Below are positions 22,064 to 32,124 of a stretch of DNA of 63,180 nt, piece after piece. Every line of letters starts with the position of its first letter. The stretch's first letter is position 1. The position numbers and the translations under genes were made by a program. This stretch comes from a virus (taxonomy: Duplodnaviria > Caudoviricetes), in IMG/VR virus record IMGVR_UViG_3300042898_003076, positions 1 to 63,180 of that record; one strand, given 5' to 3'. Below the pieces are notes generated by a model. It searched no databases and was not told the origin of the DNA. It was given only the letters and a program-made list of their open reading frames with translations.

Positions 22064-25000
22064 TAGCGTGGAGAGTATAAGTTTTTATTGTTTGTAAATA
22101 CTATAAGCATCTTCTTGTCACCTGAAATTTTCTTACGTAAAAATACATAATTTAAGTAATGCCTGAACTTTTTTCTTTGAAATTCTTGCTTATTATAATT
22201 CATGTTTGGATTGTTCAAAACTCTATTATAACCATTGGCTCCAGTATTCCAAATCATTCTTTGTGCATTAGGGTTATATTCACCTCTGTCTGCTGTGATA
22301 TCCCAGAACTGATTGAACCTATAACGGTTCTCTACTTTAGAGTAAACTATGTCTATGAAGTTGGCTTGGATCTTAGGGTAGCTTACCATAGCCATAGGAT
22401 CATGTCTTGGCTGTAAGTTGAGTTTCAGAAGACCAGAGACCTGTTCTGTATTGTATACAACAGCCTCATCAAAATTATAGTCTAGTACATGGAATCTATC
22501 ATAAGCATTAGCTGCATACTTGTAGCACTCTAATTGATACTCAACACTGCGTATTGTATTTACAGTTTGTGCTGTGTCTACTAAGTATTCAATTTCAAAG
22601 GGATAGTCTTTACCGTAATAGTTACAGTAACTGTCTGTGCGGTAATTGTGTATCCAGATTTTCTTATCATCAATTGACAGGAATGTGTTCTTCCCGGGCA
22701 TTATTAAATTAGGATGCCAGTCATGATAAGATACCCAGTTCTTAGTTTTAGGGTCAAAGCTTATAGTCCAGGATGCATCTTCAAAGTAACGCGTGTCACC
22801 TAGTTCAATATCCATTTGTTTCTGCTCATCTATGTAAACACTAAAGCTTACACCACTGTTGTATTTTACAGTTGTATTTGAAGGTAAGTCTGATCTTAGT
22901 TTGTAGTCTTTCTTAGAAAAATACAACAAGCCATTTTGATTATCAAAAATGGTTTGACAGCCTATGCCTCTTACTGGATTATTAGTTAACTGGAAGTCAG
23001 GGTAAAGCTCTGTTAGCATATAAGGAAGATATTTTACCAACCACCATTTTATGTCCATCATTGAAAGCTCTTCAAGACCACCGCCGTAGTTAAAGATCTT
23101 ACCTTGGTTTTGACTCATCCAGTAAACTCCGTTAGGTGTATTGATTACACTAAGAGTGTCTTGGCAAGATGCATACTCATAAGGAGCATCCGCATTTACA
23201 ATTCTTTGTAAAGGTTGACTAAACAATCCACCATCACCTATTGTAAGCTTGGTACCTAGTCCTGTTTCTAATTGATCAGTACCTTGGAACATAACCGGAC
23301 TTTGTGAATCAAAAAAGATCATTGCACCATTTTTGTTTATAGGTTTAATGCAAGTTACTGGTACATCAAAGTCATAGTAGTTGTTAGGTAAAAAGTCTCT
23401 CCAATTATCATGCAGACTTTCATACTGTAATGGATTTGAGTAGATTACTCTTGAGTCATTATAGGTATAGCAAGTCTCTGCAATATAGGGATCATAATTA
23501 TTCTTCTGTGGATAAGCCCATGATACGTAGTTCAAGAATAGTTTTGAGATACTCAAAGACTTGTCATACTTATAATAGTTTCCAGACTTTATAATCTTAG
23601 TGTTGAATAAAGCTTTTGTATCTGTGTATCTGTAAGGGTCATAATATAATTCTGTTTCTAACTCTCCCCAGTCACGTAAATCTATGTTGATTTCAGATTC
23701 AACAAAAAAGTCTTTTACACCTGAGTTGAACAAATAAAACCAAGCATATTTAACTGATATTCTAAAGTTTATTGCTTGAAGAAAACTTGGACAATTTGCA
23801 TTTGCATCTAAGCTGTAGTAGTCATTTGGTAATATTACGTTATTAAAGTTAGCTGTTGTAAGAACTGTACCTAATGAAGACATAAAGTCTCCTGTTTCAA
23901 ACTGATTAAAATTTGCCCAAAAACGTGGGTAAGGTATCATCTCATTTCTTGTGTAGTCTAGTTGTGCTCCATCAGGTTGTCCATATAACCAGTCATAAAA
24001 GTAGAAGAAAGTATTCTTTTCTGTGTAACGGCCCATGTAAGTGTCACCTCCAAATAATACATCTGACTTAACCGGTACTTCTTTTGTTGGTGCTTTCATT
24101 GTACATGTTGATACAGGCACACTTATAATACCATTAATTTGACCATACTGATTTCTGATCCTTTGCTTCAATGAAGCATAATGAGAAGAACATCTTTGAT
24201 GACCAGCATTACCACTAGAGACATTATAACTATTACCTGGACCAAATTCAATCTTTGTAGGATCTTTAGGAACTTGTGTGTTATTTAATTGAGATTGATT
24301 TTCAAGTAAATCATTTACATCAGTTGCTTTATATCTAGTCCTGTCATTTATTGTTGGGTTTTGCAAATTACTAGTAATGTTTACAGCAACAAACTTAGAT
24401 CTGTAAGCATTATTGATTCTTGAACTTGCATTGAAGTTTGTACTCTGTGGTCCTATGTAAGCTTGATCAGCAATGCTGAAACGTCTATTGCCTGGTACTG
24501 ATGCAACGTAACTATTATAAAAACCATGAGAGTGATATCTTAAAGCAAAGTCTTTAAAGCTACAAATAGATTTGAAAAAGTTTAATGTCTCATCTGTACC
24601 TTGTGAAAAGTAATTGAAGAATAGAGGAAGCTTTGCTGTAGTTCTTAATAGAGCAGGTATACTTTTCAAACCTGTACCATCTTCAATATCAACATCATTT
24701 TTTCTAGTTGAGTAAGCTCTTGTTACTGAATTTGCTGTATTTTGTGCTATACGCCAAGGTGTTAAAAGACTATCATTAGTTTGACCACTTAATATATTAA
24801 GTGCTAATGAAGCACCTTGATTAAATGCTGTATTATATCCTGCATAGGCTGTATTCATCAAAGTTCTCTGTGATGGTATAATAACGTTATCTGCAAGTGT
24901 TGGAGATGTTTTTAATAAAACAGCTGATGAAGCTACTGTTGCAGCGGATGTACCTACTCCATATGGTGCAAACCAAGTATTATTTGTTAAACGTGGTACA

Positions 25001-27177
25001 TTTGCTTCAGACATACCAGGCGCTGCAGGTTGTTGATATTTTATAGTTCTCTTACCGTTTGCTGCAACCATAGCAATACCGGCACCGGCAATTGCAGATA
25101 ATACAAATGCTAAGTTTGTAATAAGTTTTTCTTTTGGATGCTCTTCAGATTTATCAAACTTGCCTGTTACAGCTCCATTAAACTCACCAGAAATTTTAAG
25201 TTCCTTAGCATTTAAGTAAGGGTCAGTAAAGTTTGTATCAGGGCTGTGAAAAGACAATAAAGATTGTGAATAAGCTGATTGTGCATTATAACCAGAACTT
25301 GGAGAATTAGATCCAAGAAAAGTACAACCAGGTCCACTTACTCGAGTTGTAGACAAAAAAGGATCAGGTGTTAAGTCATTGTAAGGGTAGTTTACAAAAT
25401 AGCCTTGTTGAGTGCTTCCGGGAATATTGTAGTTACGCATGTTGTTAATAAGACCTTTTGCTAAGATGGTCTTATTACCGTTACGTGCTCCTCTTAAGAT
25501 TTGGTATCCTACAATTCCTGGTACAGGTGTTATACCGTCATTCAGCAAAGGTGCTTTGATATTCTCAAATTTAACACCCATAATTCTTAATCTGTCTTTG
25601 GCACCATTAAGATATTGTACACTTGAATGTGTGTAAAGGTCAGGGAACTTATGATGTCTTATAGGAGCACCACAAAGATCTAATGTATTAAGTGGTACAC
25701 CAGTATAAGGATTTACTGTTGTATTAAATCCAGGAGCAAGAGGATTTGTAACAGCATTCCACACCTGAGGTCTTTTATCAGGATAGTCTTCTGTTGATTC
25801 CCAATAACCCATGTAACCTTCACCTACAACTACACCTCCGTCAGGTAAAACCGTTCCAGGATTAATAGTAAAAGTTGCTGTGTTTTCAACAAGCCATCTG
25901 TAGTTAAAACCACCACTGATTTCATCATTTAAAGCATCAGTTACAACTGGTGTAAGTTCATTAGGAAAAGCACCTCTTCCTGGAATATGATATTCAGAAG
26001 ACTTATCTCCTGTATCATAAACCCACTGAATGAAAAAAGCATAAACCTCATCTCTGAGGTAATTGGTCTTGTTACCACCAGCACGGTAGTAATTAGTTGC
26101 GTATTCTACTGATTGCCACTTGGCAACTATTTGATTTGCAAAAGGCTGATAGTTAAAGTCTTCTTTGCCGTATACGCCAGTGCGGATTAAGTAATCACTA
26201 ACATTGTACATGGCTTCTGTCTTCTCTGTAACGGGATTCATTAGAGGAAGAAATTCCACAGGAACTGCAGGCCACGTGCTATCTATTGTATCAAAGCTTA
26301 ATCTCTTTTGTCTAGTGCTATAAAGTCCGGCAAGTTTTGCAACAGTTTGTTGATTTACAACATAGACTAAAACAACTTGAATTTGTTCAAATGATTGATC
26401 TAAATTGTATAAGTCAATATCAATAGATCCTGCTGTATTATTATGTTCAAACACTGCTTGAACATTTGAGATGTAATAGTTACTAACCTTAACTCCAGCT
26501 ATAGCATAAGCAATAGCTACCATGTAAGATCCGTTTAAAAGAGTTCCGCCAGATACACCTTTTTTTACTTCTGCGCAAGGTGTGCTGATTAAAGGAGCAA
26601 GACGTATTTTATTACAGTCTAAAGCAGATGAGTTTACTGTATCATTACAAGGAGGTTGACCTGGTGATCCTGGAGCAGGAACTTGTACCCAAGGTATAGG
26701 ACTATTAGGATTTGTGTAAGCATTATCAGAAGGAGGATCAATTGTAACGTTCATTGTTCTTGAAACGTTTCTTCCTCCATCATCCCAGTATATTCCGTAC
26801 ACACAAGTACTGTTTGGTCTAGATACACCTCTAATAAGATTAGATCTACTAAAGTTTAAACAAGCTGCATTTACAGCAGTAGTGTATTTGCATATGTCTT
26901 CTTGAAATATTCCTATCTCTGAATTAACATCATCAGTAGAGAAGATTGCCCAAGTATCAGCTACTAAATGTACAGCACCAATAATTGTGTATGGTGCAGA
27001 AGCACATTCAAGGTTTGAAGGCTCATTACCTAACTTACCTAAGTCACCTGTTCTAGAATTGTTTATAGCATTTCTAGCATGAGTCCATTGATTAGGGCCC
27101 AATAAGTAGTTGTTAGTGTCTTCATTAAGACTCTTGTTGTATTGCCTAGTATCTATGTTTTGATCTTGTCCAGCCAT
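22063..27177 (-). CDS. Tail stabilisation / muzzle (nozzle) protein
   Basis: 1704 aa beta-rich; GGDTYMGRY, DFFVESEINIDLR, SWTISFDPKTKNWVSYHDWHP motifs typical of crAss-like P22 gp10-like stabilisation proteins; follows ring/tubular genes. Confidence 0.75.
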   Translation of the reverse strand: MAGQDQNIDTRQYNKSLNEDTNNYLLGPNQWTHARNAINNSRTGDLGKLGNEPSNLECASAPYTIIGAVHLVADTWAIFSTDDVNSEIGIFQEDICKYTTAVNAACLNFSRSNLIRGVSRPNSTCVYGIYWDDGGRNVSRTMNVTIDPPSDNAYTNPNSPIPWVQVPAPGSPGQPPCNDTVNSSALDCNKIRLAPLISTPCAEVKKGVSGGTLLNGSYMVAIAYAIAGVKVSNYYISNVQAVFEHNNTAGSIDIDLYNLDQSFEQIQVVLVYVVNQQTVAKLAGLYSTRQKRLSFDTIDSTWPAVPVEFLPLMNPVTEKTEAMYNVSDYLIRTGVYGKEDFNYQPFANQIVAKWQSVEYATNYYRAGGNKTNYLRDEVYAFFIQWVYDTGDKSSEYHIPGRGAFPNELTPVVTDALNDEISGGFNYRWLVENTATFTINPGTVLPDGGVVVGEGYMGYWESTEDYPDKRPQVWNAVTNPLAPGFNTTVNPYTGVPLNTLDLCGAPIRHHKFPDLYTHSSVQYLNGAKDRLRIMGVKFENIKAPLLNDGITPVPGIVGYQILRGARNGNKTILAKGLINNMRNYNIPGSTQQGYFVNYPYNDLTPDPFLSTTRVSGPGCTFLGSNSPSSGYNAQSAYSQSLLSFHSPDTNFTDPYLNAKELKISGEFNGAVTGKFDKSEEHPKEKLITNLAFVLSAIAGAGIAMVAANGKRTIKYQQPAAPGMSEANVPRLTNNTWFAPYGVGTSAATVASSAVLLKTSPTLADNVIIPSQRTLMNTAYAGYNTAFNQGASLALNILSGQTNDSLLTPWRIAQNTANSVTRAYSTRKNDVDIEDGTGLKSIPALLRTTAKLPLFFNYFSQGTDETLNFFKSICSFKDFALRYHSHGFYNSYVASVPGNRRFSIADQAYIGPQSTNFNASSRINNAYRSKFVAVNITSNLQNPTINDRTRYKATDVNDLLENQSQLNNTQVPKDPTKIEFGPGNSYNVSSGNAGHQRCSSHYASLKQRIRNQYGQINGIISVPVSTCTMKAPTKEVPVKSDVLFGGDTYMGRYTEKNTFFYFYDWLYGQPDGAQLDYTRNEMIPYPRFWANFNQFETGDFMSSLGTVLTTANFNNVILPNDYYSLDANANCPSFLQAINFRISVKYAWFYLFNSGVKDFFVESEINIDLRDWGELETELYYDPYRYTDTKALFNTKIIKSGNYYKYDKSLSISKLFLNYVSWAYPQKNNYDPYIAETCYTYNDSRVIYSNPLQYESLHDNWRDFLPNNYYDFDVPVTCIKPINKNGAMIFFDSQSPVMFQGTDQLETGLGTKLTIGDGGLFSQPLQRIVNADAPYEYASCQDTLSVINTPNGVYWMSQNQGKIFNYGGGLEELSMMDIKWWLVKYLPYMLTELYPDFQLTNNPVRGIGCQTIFDNQNGLLYFSKKDYKLRSDLPSNTTVKYNSGVSFSVYIDEQKQMDIELGDTRYFEDASWTISFDPKTKNWVSYHDWHPNLIMPGKNTFLSIDDKKIWIHNYRTDSYCNYYGKDYPFEIEYLVDTAQTVNTIRSVEYQLECYKYAANAYDRFHVLDYNFDEAVVYNTEQVSGLLKLNLQPRHDPMAMVSYPKIQANFIDIVYSKVENRYRFNQFWDITADRGEYNPNAQRMIWNTGANGYNRVLNNPNMNYNKQEFQRKKFRHYLNYVFLRKKISGDKKMLIVFTNNKNLYSPR

Positions 27178-27178
27178 C

Positions 27179-28294
27179 TTAGTAATTATATAAACCTGAT
27201 CTTGTACCGGTTATTCCTTCCATGCTTCCAGTACCTTCACCCATTACATTATTAGGGTTGCGGTCCCACTGATACCATGGATATGATTTAAACATGTCAT
27301 AGTATTTAGAATATTGTGCACGTCTGTTAGTCCACCACATTCTCTTCATTTCAGCAAAGTTAGGAGTATTAACAATTGATAATGCATAATTTCTTGCAGC
27401 TCTTAATCTTGCTTCAACCATTTGAAGCTTAGCTGTTACATTCTCATCATTCATTAACAAGTTCTCTAGGATCCTTTGTTTAATAGCGTACTCATAGTAT
27501 TCATTAAGCATGTCATGATCAGGAACAAGTAAGTCACCATTATCATCTTCAAGCATACCTTGATAGTTGATGTAAACTCTACCATCTTTAAAGGTAGTGT
27601 ATAAGAAGCCATTCTGTATCCAAGCTTGGTTAGGAGTATTAAGGTATAAGTTTGGACAACCACAATCCACAGTTTGAGGATTCTCTAATATCTTCAGAGG
27701 AAGAAGACGTTTGTAGGTATTTGTTCTTGTAGCCGTAATTTGTACAAGCTCATAACAATCATTTTTACAATTCATGAATACTCTTGGTTTTACACAAGAA
27801 TTGCCAAATGGAACTAGAGGATCGTATGGAGGAACACAATTTGATTCAGGTGTAGTAGAACAAGAAGTAACACATGATGCACTACAAGTACATTGATTAG
27901 GCGGACACTTTTGACAGTTAACTGTACCATCTGTGCAAGGACTAATATAAGCTTGTGTTTCTTTGTAAGGAGTAAGCATTGGATTACTCAAAGGTATTTC
28001 TTGAATATTTGTACCTTGAGGTATAGGTTGCATGACAGTTACCTCATCACATATCATTGCAAAGTTTAATACAAAAAAATCATCTGGTAATTTTACTCTA
28101 CCATTTTCAACTTCAAGTAAAGCTTCTTTGGTCATGTATATTCTCAAGCCAAGATCATAGTTAATCTTCTTTGCAACTTTAATAAGTTGCTGAGGCTCAA
28201 TCATGTTTTGTAATGACAAGTTTTGAAAGTCTACCTGAATATCACTCAAGAGAGAATCAAATGTCCGGTATTTTAATGTATAATTGTAACTCAT
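27179..28294 (-). CDS. Tail tubular/ring (P22 gp4-like) protein with Cys-rich insert
   Basis: VENGRVKLPDDF and GRVYINYQGMLEDDNGDLLVPD motifs; position directly before the muzzle gene. Confidence 0.7.
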   Translation of the reverse strand: MSYNYTLKYRTFDSLLSDIQVDFQNLSLQNMIEPQQLIKVAKKINYDLGLRIYMTKEALLEVENGRVKLPDDFFVLNFAMICDEVTVMQPIPQGTNIQEIPLSNPMLTPYKETQAYISPCTDGTVNCQKCPPNQCTCSASCVTSCSTTPESNCVPPYDPLVPFGNSCVKPRVFMNCKNDCYELVQITATRTNTYKRLLPLKILENPQTVDCGCPNLYLNTPNQAWIQNGFLYTTFKDGRVYINYQGMLEDDNGDLLVPDHDMLNEYYEYAIKQRILENLLMNDENVTAKLQMVEARLRAARNYALSIVNTPNFAEMKRMWWTNRRAQYSKYYDMFKSYPWYQWDRNPNNVMGEGTGSMEGITGTRSGLYNY

Positions 28295-28299
28295 TTTAA

Positions 28300-28974
28300 T
28301 TAACTTCTAAGTGGTGATTGATTATCATCTGTATTTTCAGGAGGAGCTTGTATCATGAAAGTTAAATCTTTAATAACAGCTTGCTCAATTTCTGCAAACA
28401 AATATTCTGGAAAGTGTGTTTGATCATCTTGACGAGGAGTACATACATCACCATCACAAACATACATTGCAATACTTTCATCCCATAATCCTTCTATTCT
28501 TACAGCTTCCCAAGTAATGTTTGGAAAATACAAATATCCACTCAAGTACCAAAAGTACTTGGTTTTATTGTATTTGAACGTAGAAGTCTTTACCATAGCT
28601 GTATATGTAGCTGGATAAGTTTTGATCATTTCTACTGATCCATCAAGAGAACCTACAGATCTAAACAGAGGACCATATGTTCCTTCTAACAGAGTAGGTA
28701 GCTTTTCTTTTGTACGCATTATTTTACAGTTTGTTTTAATATCAGCACAACAGGCTTCTATTTTATCTACCTCAACAAGATCCACACAAGGCAGAACTTC
28801 AAACAAACTTTGAAAGCGCATGATCTTGTTTTCAGTATCTTGTCTGCGTATATAAAGCTTAGCGTACTTTAATATAAGACTGTACAACAAACGGTCAGTC
28901 AAGAAGGCATCTTCTTTTACACCTTTAACTAGATTTCTTACGCGTGATACTGTTTCACTAATTGTTGTTGCCAT
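28300..28974 (-). CDS. Tail ring/neck structural protein
   Basis: 224 aa; CVDLVEVD...C..MRTKEKLP...YLYF...C and C-terminal PPENTDD pattern of crAss-like ring proteins; synteny. Confidence 0.65.
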   Translation of the reverse strand: MATTISETVSRVRNLVKGVKEDAFLTDRLLYSLILKYAKLYIRRQDTENKIMRFQSLFEVLPCVDLVEVDKIEACCADIKTNCKIMRTKEKLPTLLEGTYGPLFRSVGSLDGSVEMIKTYPATYTAMVKTSTFKYNKTKYFWYLSGYLYFPNITWEAVRIEGLWDESIAMYVCDGDVCTPRQDDQTHFPEYLFAEIEQAVIKDLTFMIQAPPENTDDNQSPLRS

Positions 28975-28984
28975 TCTGTTTTAT

Positions 28985-29572
28985 TTAGTTCATTTCAAAT
29001 TCATTGTAATCAAGTACGTCAACTTTAAGCTTCTTTGCATAATAATCTCTTGCTTTGCTTTTTTGGTAAAACTTATTGATCTTTTGGAAGTTCTCAACCT
29101 GTATGTATTTTTTCCAGTTCTCAGGATATGTTTTACTTACAAGTCTTGTAAAATCTCTTGTGCCTTTAAATTGCCAAAGCTCTCTGTTTCTAAACTTATA
29201 CTTTGAAGCATAATTTGTGTAGAAGATCTTGGCTATATAATTATCAGACTCAAAGTTTCTATGCTGAATTAAAATATCATACTTAATTGAAGTAGGATAA
29301 TCAGTCAGGTGATTTTTTGGAGTCTTGCAAGTTCCTATAAATGCAAACCCTGTTCCTTCTGGGAACTCAACACCATCTCTGTATTCTGTTACCTCTTCAT
29401 ACATAAGCTGAGAATGTGTGCTAATAATTTTTCTTAGAGCTCCATTTTCCATGTGCTCATACTGAGGAAACTTCTTGCGGAAGTTTTCAAAAAATTCATT
29501 GTCACAAACAGTCTTTCTTGTAGGTCTGAACCTTGGAGCATTAAGATCTGGCTTATTGATTTTCTTCATCAT
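28985..29572 (-). CDS. IHF/HU-like DNA-binding protein
   Basis: Helical N-part followed by DGVEFPEGTGFAFIG beta-arm-like motif; crAss-like phages carry IHF-like genes at this position. Confidence 0.5.
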   Translation of the reverse strand: MMKKINKPDLNAPRFRPTRKTVCDNEFFENFRKKFPQYEHMENGALRKIISTHSQLMYEEVTEYRDGVEFPEGTGFAFIGTCKTPKNHLTDYPTSIKYDILIQHRNFESDNYIAKIFYTNYASKYKFRNRELWQFKGTRDFTRLVSKTYPENWKKYIQVENFQKINKFYQKSKARDYYAKKLKVDVLDYNEFEMN

Positions 29573-29585
29573 ACTACACTTATTA

Positions 29586-29623
29586 CAATATACAAATTTT
29601 TTTTGAAGTTTAAAAATAAACTT
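29586..29623 (-). promoter_or_regulatory. Putative promoter (TATATTG) with AAGTTT-N6-AAACTT inverted repeat
   Basis: Immediately after the terminator and upstream of the tail/cargo operon; shares the TATATT core with other intergenic sites. Confidence 0.45.
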
Positions 29624-29639
29624 TTATTGTTTAAAAAGC

Positions 29640-29662
29640 AAAAACCCCAGATTACTCCGGGG
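29640..29662 (-). terminator. Rho-independent terminator
   Basis: Minus strand CCCCGGA-GTAA-TCTGGGG followed by TTTTT. Confidence 0.8.
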
Positions 29663-29709
29663 CATTTACCTGTCAGTCACGTCCTACCAACAAACCGTGA
29701 CGTTTAATG

Positions 29710-29988
29710 TTATAGTATACACGGTACAAAACTTCCTGTGAATGGTATACGTGATGTTAAAGAACCTTCTGGTTCACAAGTTGGTTGCACGTATCCGTCA
29801 ACATCTACTGGGTCACATTCACCAGATGGATCAACAAAAGGAAAAGTTATAACTGCACTACATGTATTTCCAAGACCTAAGCAAGAAACAATAGTACTAC
29901 AGTTATATGCACCTGTGCCATTCAAACGGTAACACACTCTGTGTGTACCTGTAAAATATGAAGTAAAAGTTACTGTTATTGTTGTCAT
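29710..29988 (-). CDS. Small Cys-rich beta protein (structural)
   Basis: 92 aa, six Cys, last gene of the Cys-rich operon. Confidence 0.6.
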   Translation of the reverse strand: MTTITVTFTSYFTGTHRVCYRLNGTGAYNCSTIVSCLGLGNTCSAVITFPFVDPSGECDPVDVDGYVQPTCEPEGSLTSRIPFTGSFVPCIL

Positions 29989-29990
29989 GA

Positions 29991-30515
29991 TTAAGCTGGT
30001 TTAGTTGTTAATAATAGGGTTACTGAATAACAAGTACTTACAGATGCACATACAGTTTTAACACGTACGTAGTAATCAGTGTTTGGTAATAGACTTGATA
30101 TTGTTGCTGTGTTTACAGTCACGGAAGGAAGAGTTGTCCAAGTTGGGGTTGTAGGCACGCGATGTTCAACCACGTATCCTGTTGCGCCGGTAACAGCTCC
30201 CCAAAATAATCCAAGAGTTGTACTTGTTATTGTTGTTGACTTAAAGCCTATAGCTGAACCACACTCTGCTCCTGGTATAACACAATCAGGATTGGTGATC
30301 ATAAGAGTTAACTTTTGAAGAATATCACATAGACGTTCTCCTTTGTTTATTCCTATATCAGCTATTGTATCTCCTGTATGGATAACACAACAGTCACTCC
30401 ATGTTTCAGAACAGATGTCTGGAGTTGGACAAGTTACTACGTTGCAAGAACATGGCGCTGGTGTTGTTAGCGCCGTGTCATTGCATCCACAATTTTTATT
30501 TTTACAATTTGCCAT
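29991..30515 (-). CDS. Cys-rich protein with C-terminal fibronectin type III domain
   Basis: LGLFWGAVTGATGYVVEHR...SLLPNTDYYVRVKTVC is an FN3 signature; the N-terminal CVIHTG domain is paralogous to the upstream gene. Confidence 0.75.
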   Translation of the reverse strand: MANCKNKNCGCNDTALTTPAPCSCNVVTCPTPDICSETWSDCCVIHTGDTIADIGINKGERLCDILQKLTLMITNPDCVIPGAECGSAIGFKSTTITSTTLGLFWGAVTGATGYVVEHRVPTTPTWTTLPSVTVNTATISSLLPNTDYYVRVKTVCASVSTCYSVTLLLTTKPA

Positions 30516-30526
30516 TTTCTAATTTT

Positions 30527-32083
30527 TTAAAGCTCTGGTTCCCAAATAATTACTGCTGTTACATCTTCTGGTGGTGTACAAGGTACAGGTAATGTTTCAA
30601 CTTCTGTAAAAGGACAAGTTACTATAGGACAAGCAGAGCAAGATGTAGGTACAACAGTTATACGGAATTTGTATACGGTTCCTCCACCTAAGCCAACTAA
30701 TGTTCCTGTAACTGGTACAGCAGCTGTAGAAATGTAAGTATTTGATACAATTAATATTGTACCTGTTGCATCATAAAGGTCAGCAGTGTAAGTGTAGTTT
30801 CCAGTTTGAGTTATAAAGTCATATTGTACAGTTGTCTCAAGAGCTATTAATGTTACCACAGGACAACCAGGACTATTTGAATAAACATAATCTAAACATG
30901 ATTCACAAGTACTTGTACCATCAGTTAAGCATGGTTCAATTTCAATAGTTAAGTCTAAAGCTGTATTGATTATAGTTGAAGCTAAGCTTACAGCAAATCC
31001 ACCTGGAGCATTTAAGAATCCTATTAAGTCAAATGGTACTGTAATTGAATTACCAGTACTGTCTGATATTTTGATTATTGTGCTACCAGAGCATTGTGTA
31101 AACCCAGAAGGAATGGTTCCGTTTACAACCACATTCATTATCTGAGGTGCAGATTCATAAATGCCAAATAAGCTTAGAGTTATACCTGAGCATCCTGAAG
31201 GACAACAGTTTACTTGAATATTTTTTACAGCTGAACGTAAGTCACATATAGTCAACCATAAGTTACCAACAGACTCAGCAAGTGTACTAACAGTTGTTGA
31301 CCAACCCGGTATTGCTGACATTGGTCCTCCTGAAGGACTAAGAGCTGTATCTGAATTTAAACCAGCACATTGTTTTGCAATGTTCAAGTATAATTCAGTT
31401 GGCGTTCCTGTTGCAGTTCTTAAATCACAAAACTGTGTTTCTAAAGCTGTAAGCACATTCTCCATTGAAGTAGGAGTAGATGGTAAAACACATACAGGAG
31501 TTACAGCAGGAGGAATGTATTGTGTATTTTGAAGTGTTGTTACATTTCCTTCTACATTTGTAACACGGTTACCTAAATCAGTAATACCTGTAGTATTTGT
31601 TGACGTGTTATTAGTAAGAGTACAGATTTTATTACCAATTGCAGTAATATAATCTTTCATCTGTAAAACAGTTATAAGATCACCTATACCATTAGTAAAC
31701 TGAAAACAAGGTGCTAATGTCATTTCACAATCAGGACATCCTGTTGTACCTGTTGTAGGAGGTGTTGTTATATTACCGTTACAATCCGGCACACAACCTG
31801 AGCATTTTTCTACAGCACAAAGACGGTCCATTATAAACTGTAATAGCTTAGGGAAAGTAGAAGGTGAACAAGATGTCAAATTAAAACATGATAAGTCATA
31901 ATTAGCTCCATCAACGGTAAGCATATCTTGTAACTTACATAATTCTACAGCCATGTTGTAAACCACATCACTCACAGAGTCTCCTTTACAGAGACTGATA
32001 CAAGGTAAATCTGGTCCTTGCCAGATTACACAGTTTGAAGATACTGGATCACAACTTTGTGTTTTTGAGTTTGTAGGTTTCAT
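30527..32083 (-). CDS. Cys-rich fibre-like protein (likely start MKPTNSKT, 518 aa) with coiled coil and FN3-like C-terminus
   Basis: SSNCVIWQGPDLPC motif, heptad segment ITDLGNRVTNVEGNVTTLQ, GLGGGTVYKFRITV. Start moved from 32167 because that overlaps the upstream gene and the promoter-like motif. Confidence 0.7.
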   Translation of the reverse strand: MKPTNSKTQSCDPVSSNCVIWQGPDLPCISLCKGDSVSDVVYNMAVELCKLQDMLTVDGANYDLSCFNLTSCSPSTFPKLLQFIMDRLCAVEKCSGCVPDCNGNITTPPTTGTTGCPDCEMTLAPCFQFTNGIGDLITVLQMKDYITAIGNKICTLTNNTSTNTTGITDLGNRVTNVEGNVTTLQNTQYIPPAVTPVCVLPSTPTSMENVLTALETQFCDLRTATGTPTELYLNIAKQCAGLNSDTALSPSGGPMSAIPGWSTTVSTLAESVGNLWLTICDLRSAVKNIQVNCCPSGCSGITLSLFGIYESAPQIMNVVVNGTIPSGFTQCSGSTIIKISDSTGNSITVPFDLIGFLNAPGGFAVSLASTIINTALDLTIEIEPCLTDGTSTCESCLDYVYSNSPGCPVVTLIALETTVQYDFITQTGNYTYTADLYDATGTILIVSNTYISTAAVPVTGTLVGLGGGTVYKFRITVVPTSCSACPIVTCPFTEVETLPVPCTPPEDVTAVIIWEPEL

Positions 32084-32088
32084 AGTAT

Positions 32089-32119
32089 TAATATAATAAA
32101 ATTTAATGTCATTTGCAAG
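32089..32119 (-). promoter_or_regulatory. Putative promoter TTG-N20-TATATTAA
   Basis: Minus strand ttg-caaatgacattaaattttat-tatattaa; same architecture near 40751 and 57598. Confidence 0.55.
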
Positions 32120-32124
32120 TTTTA

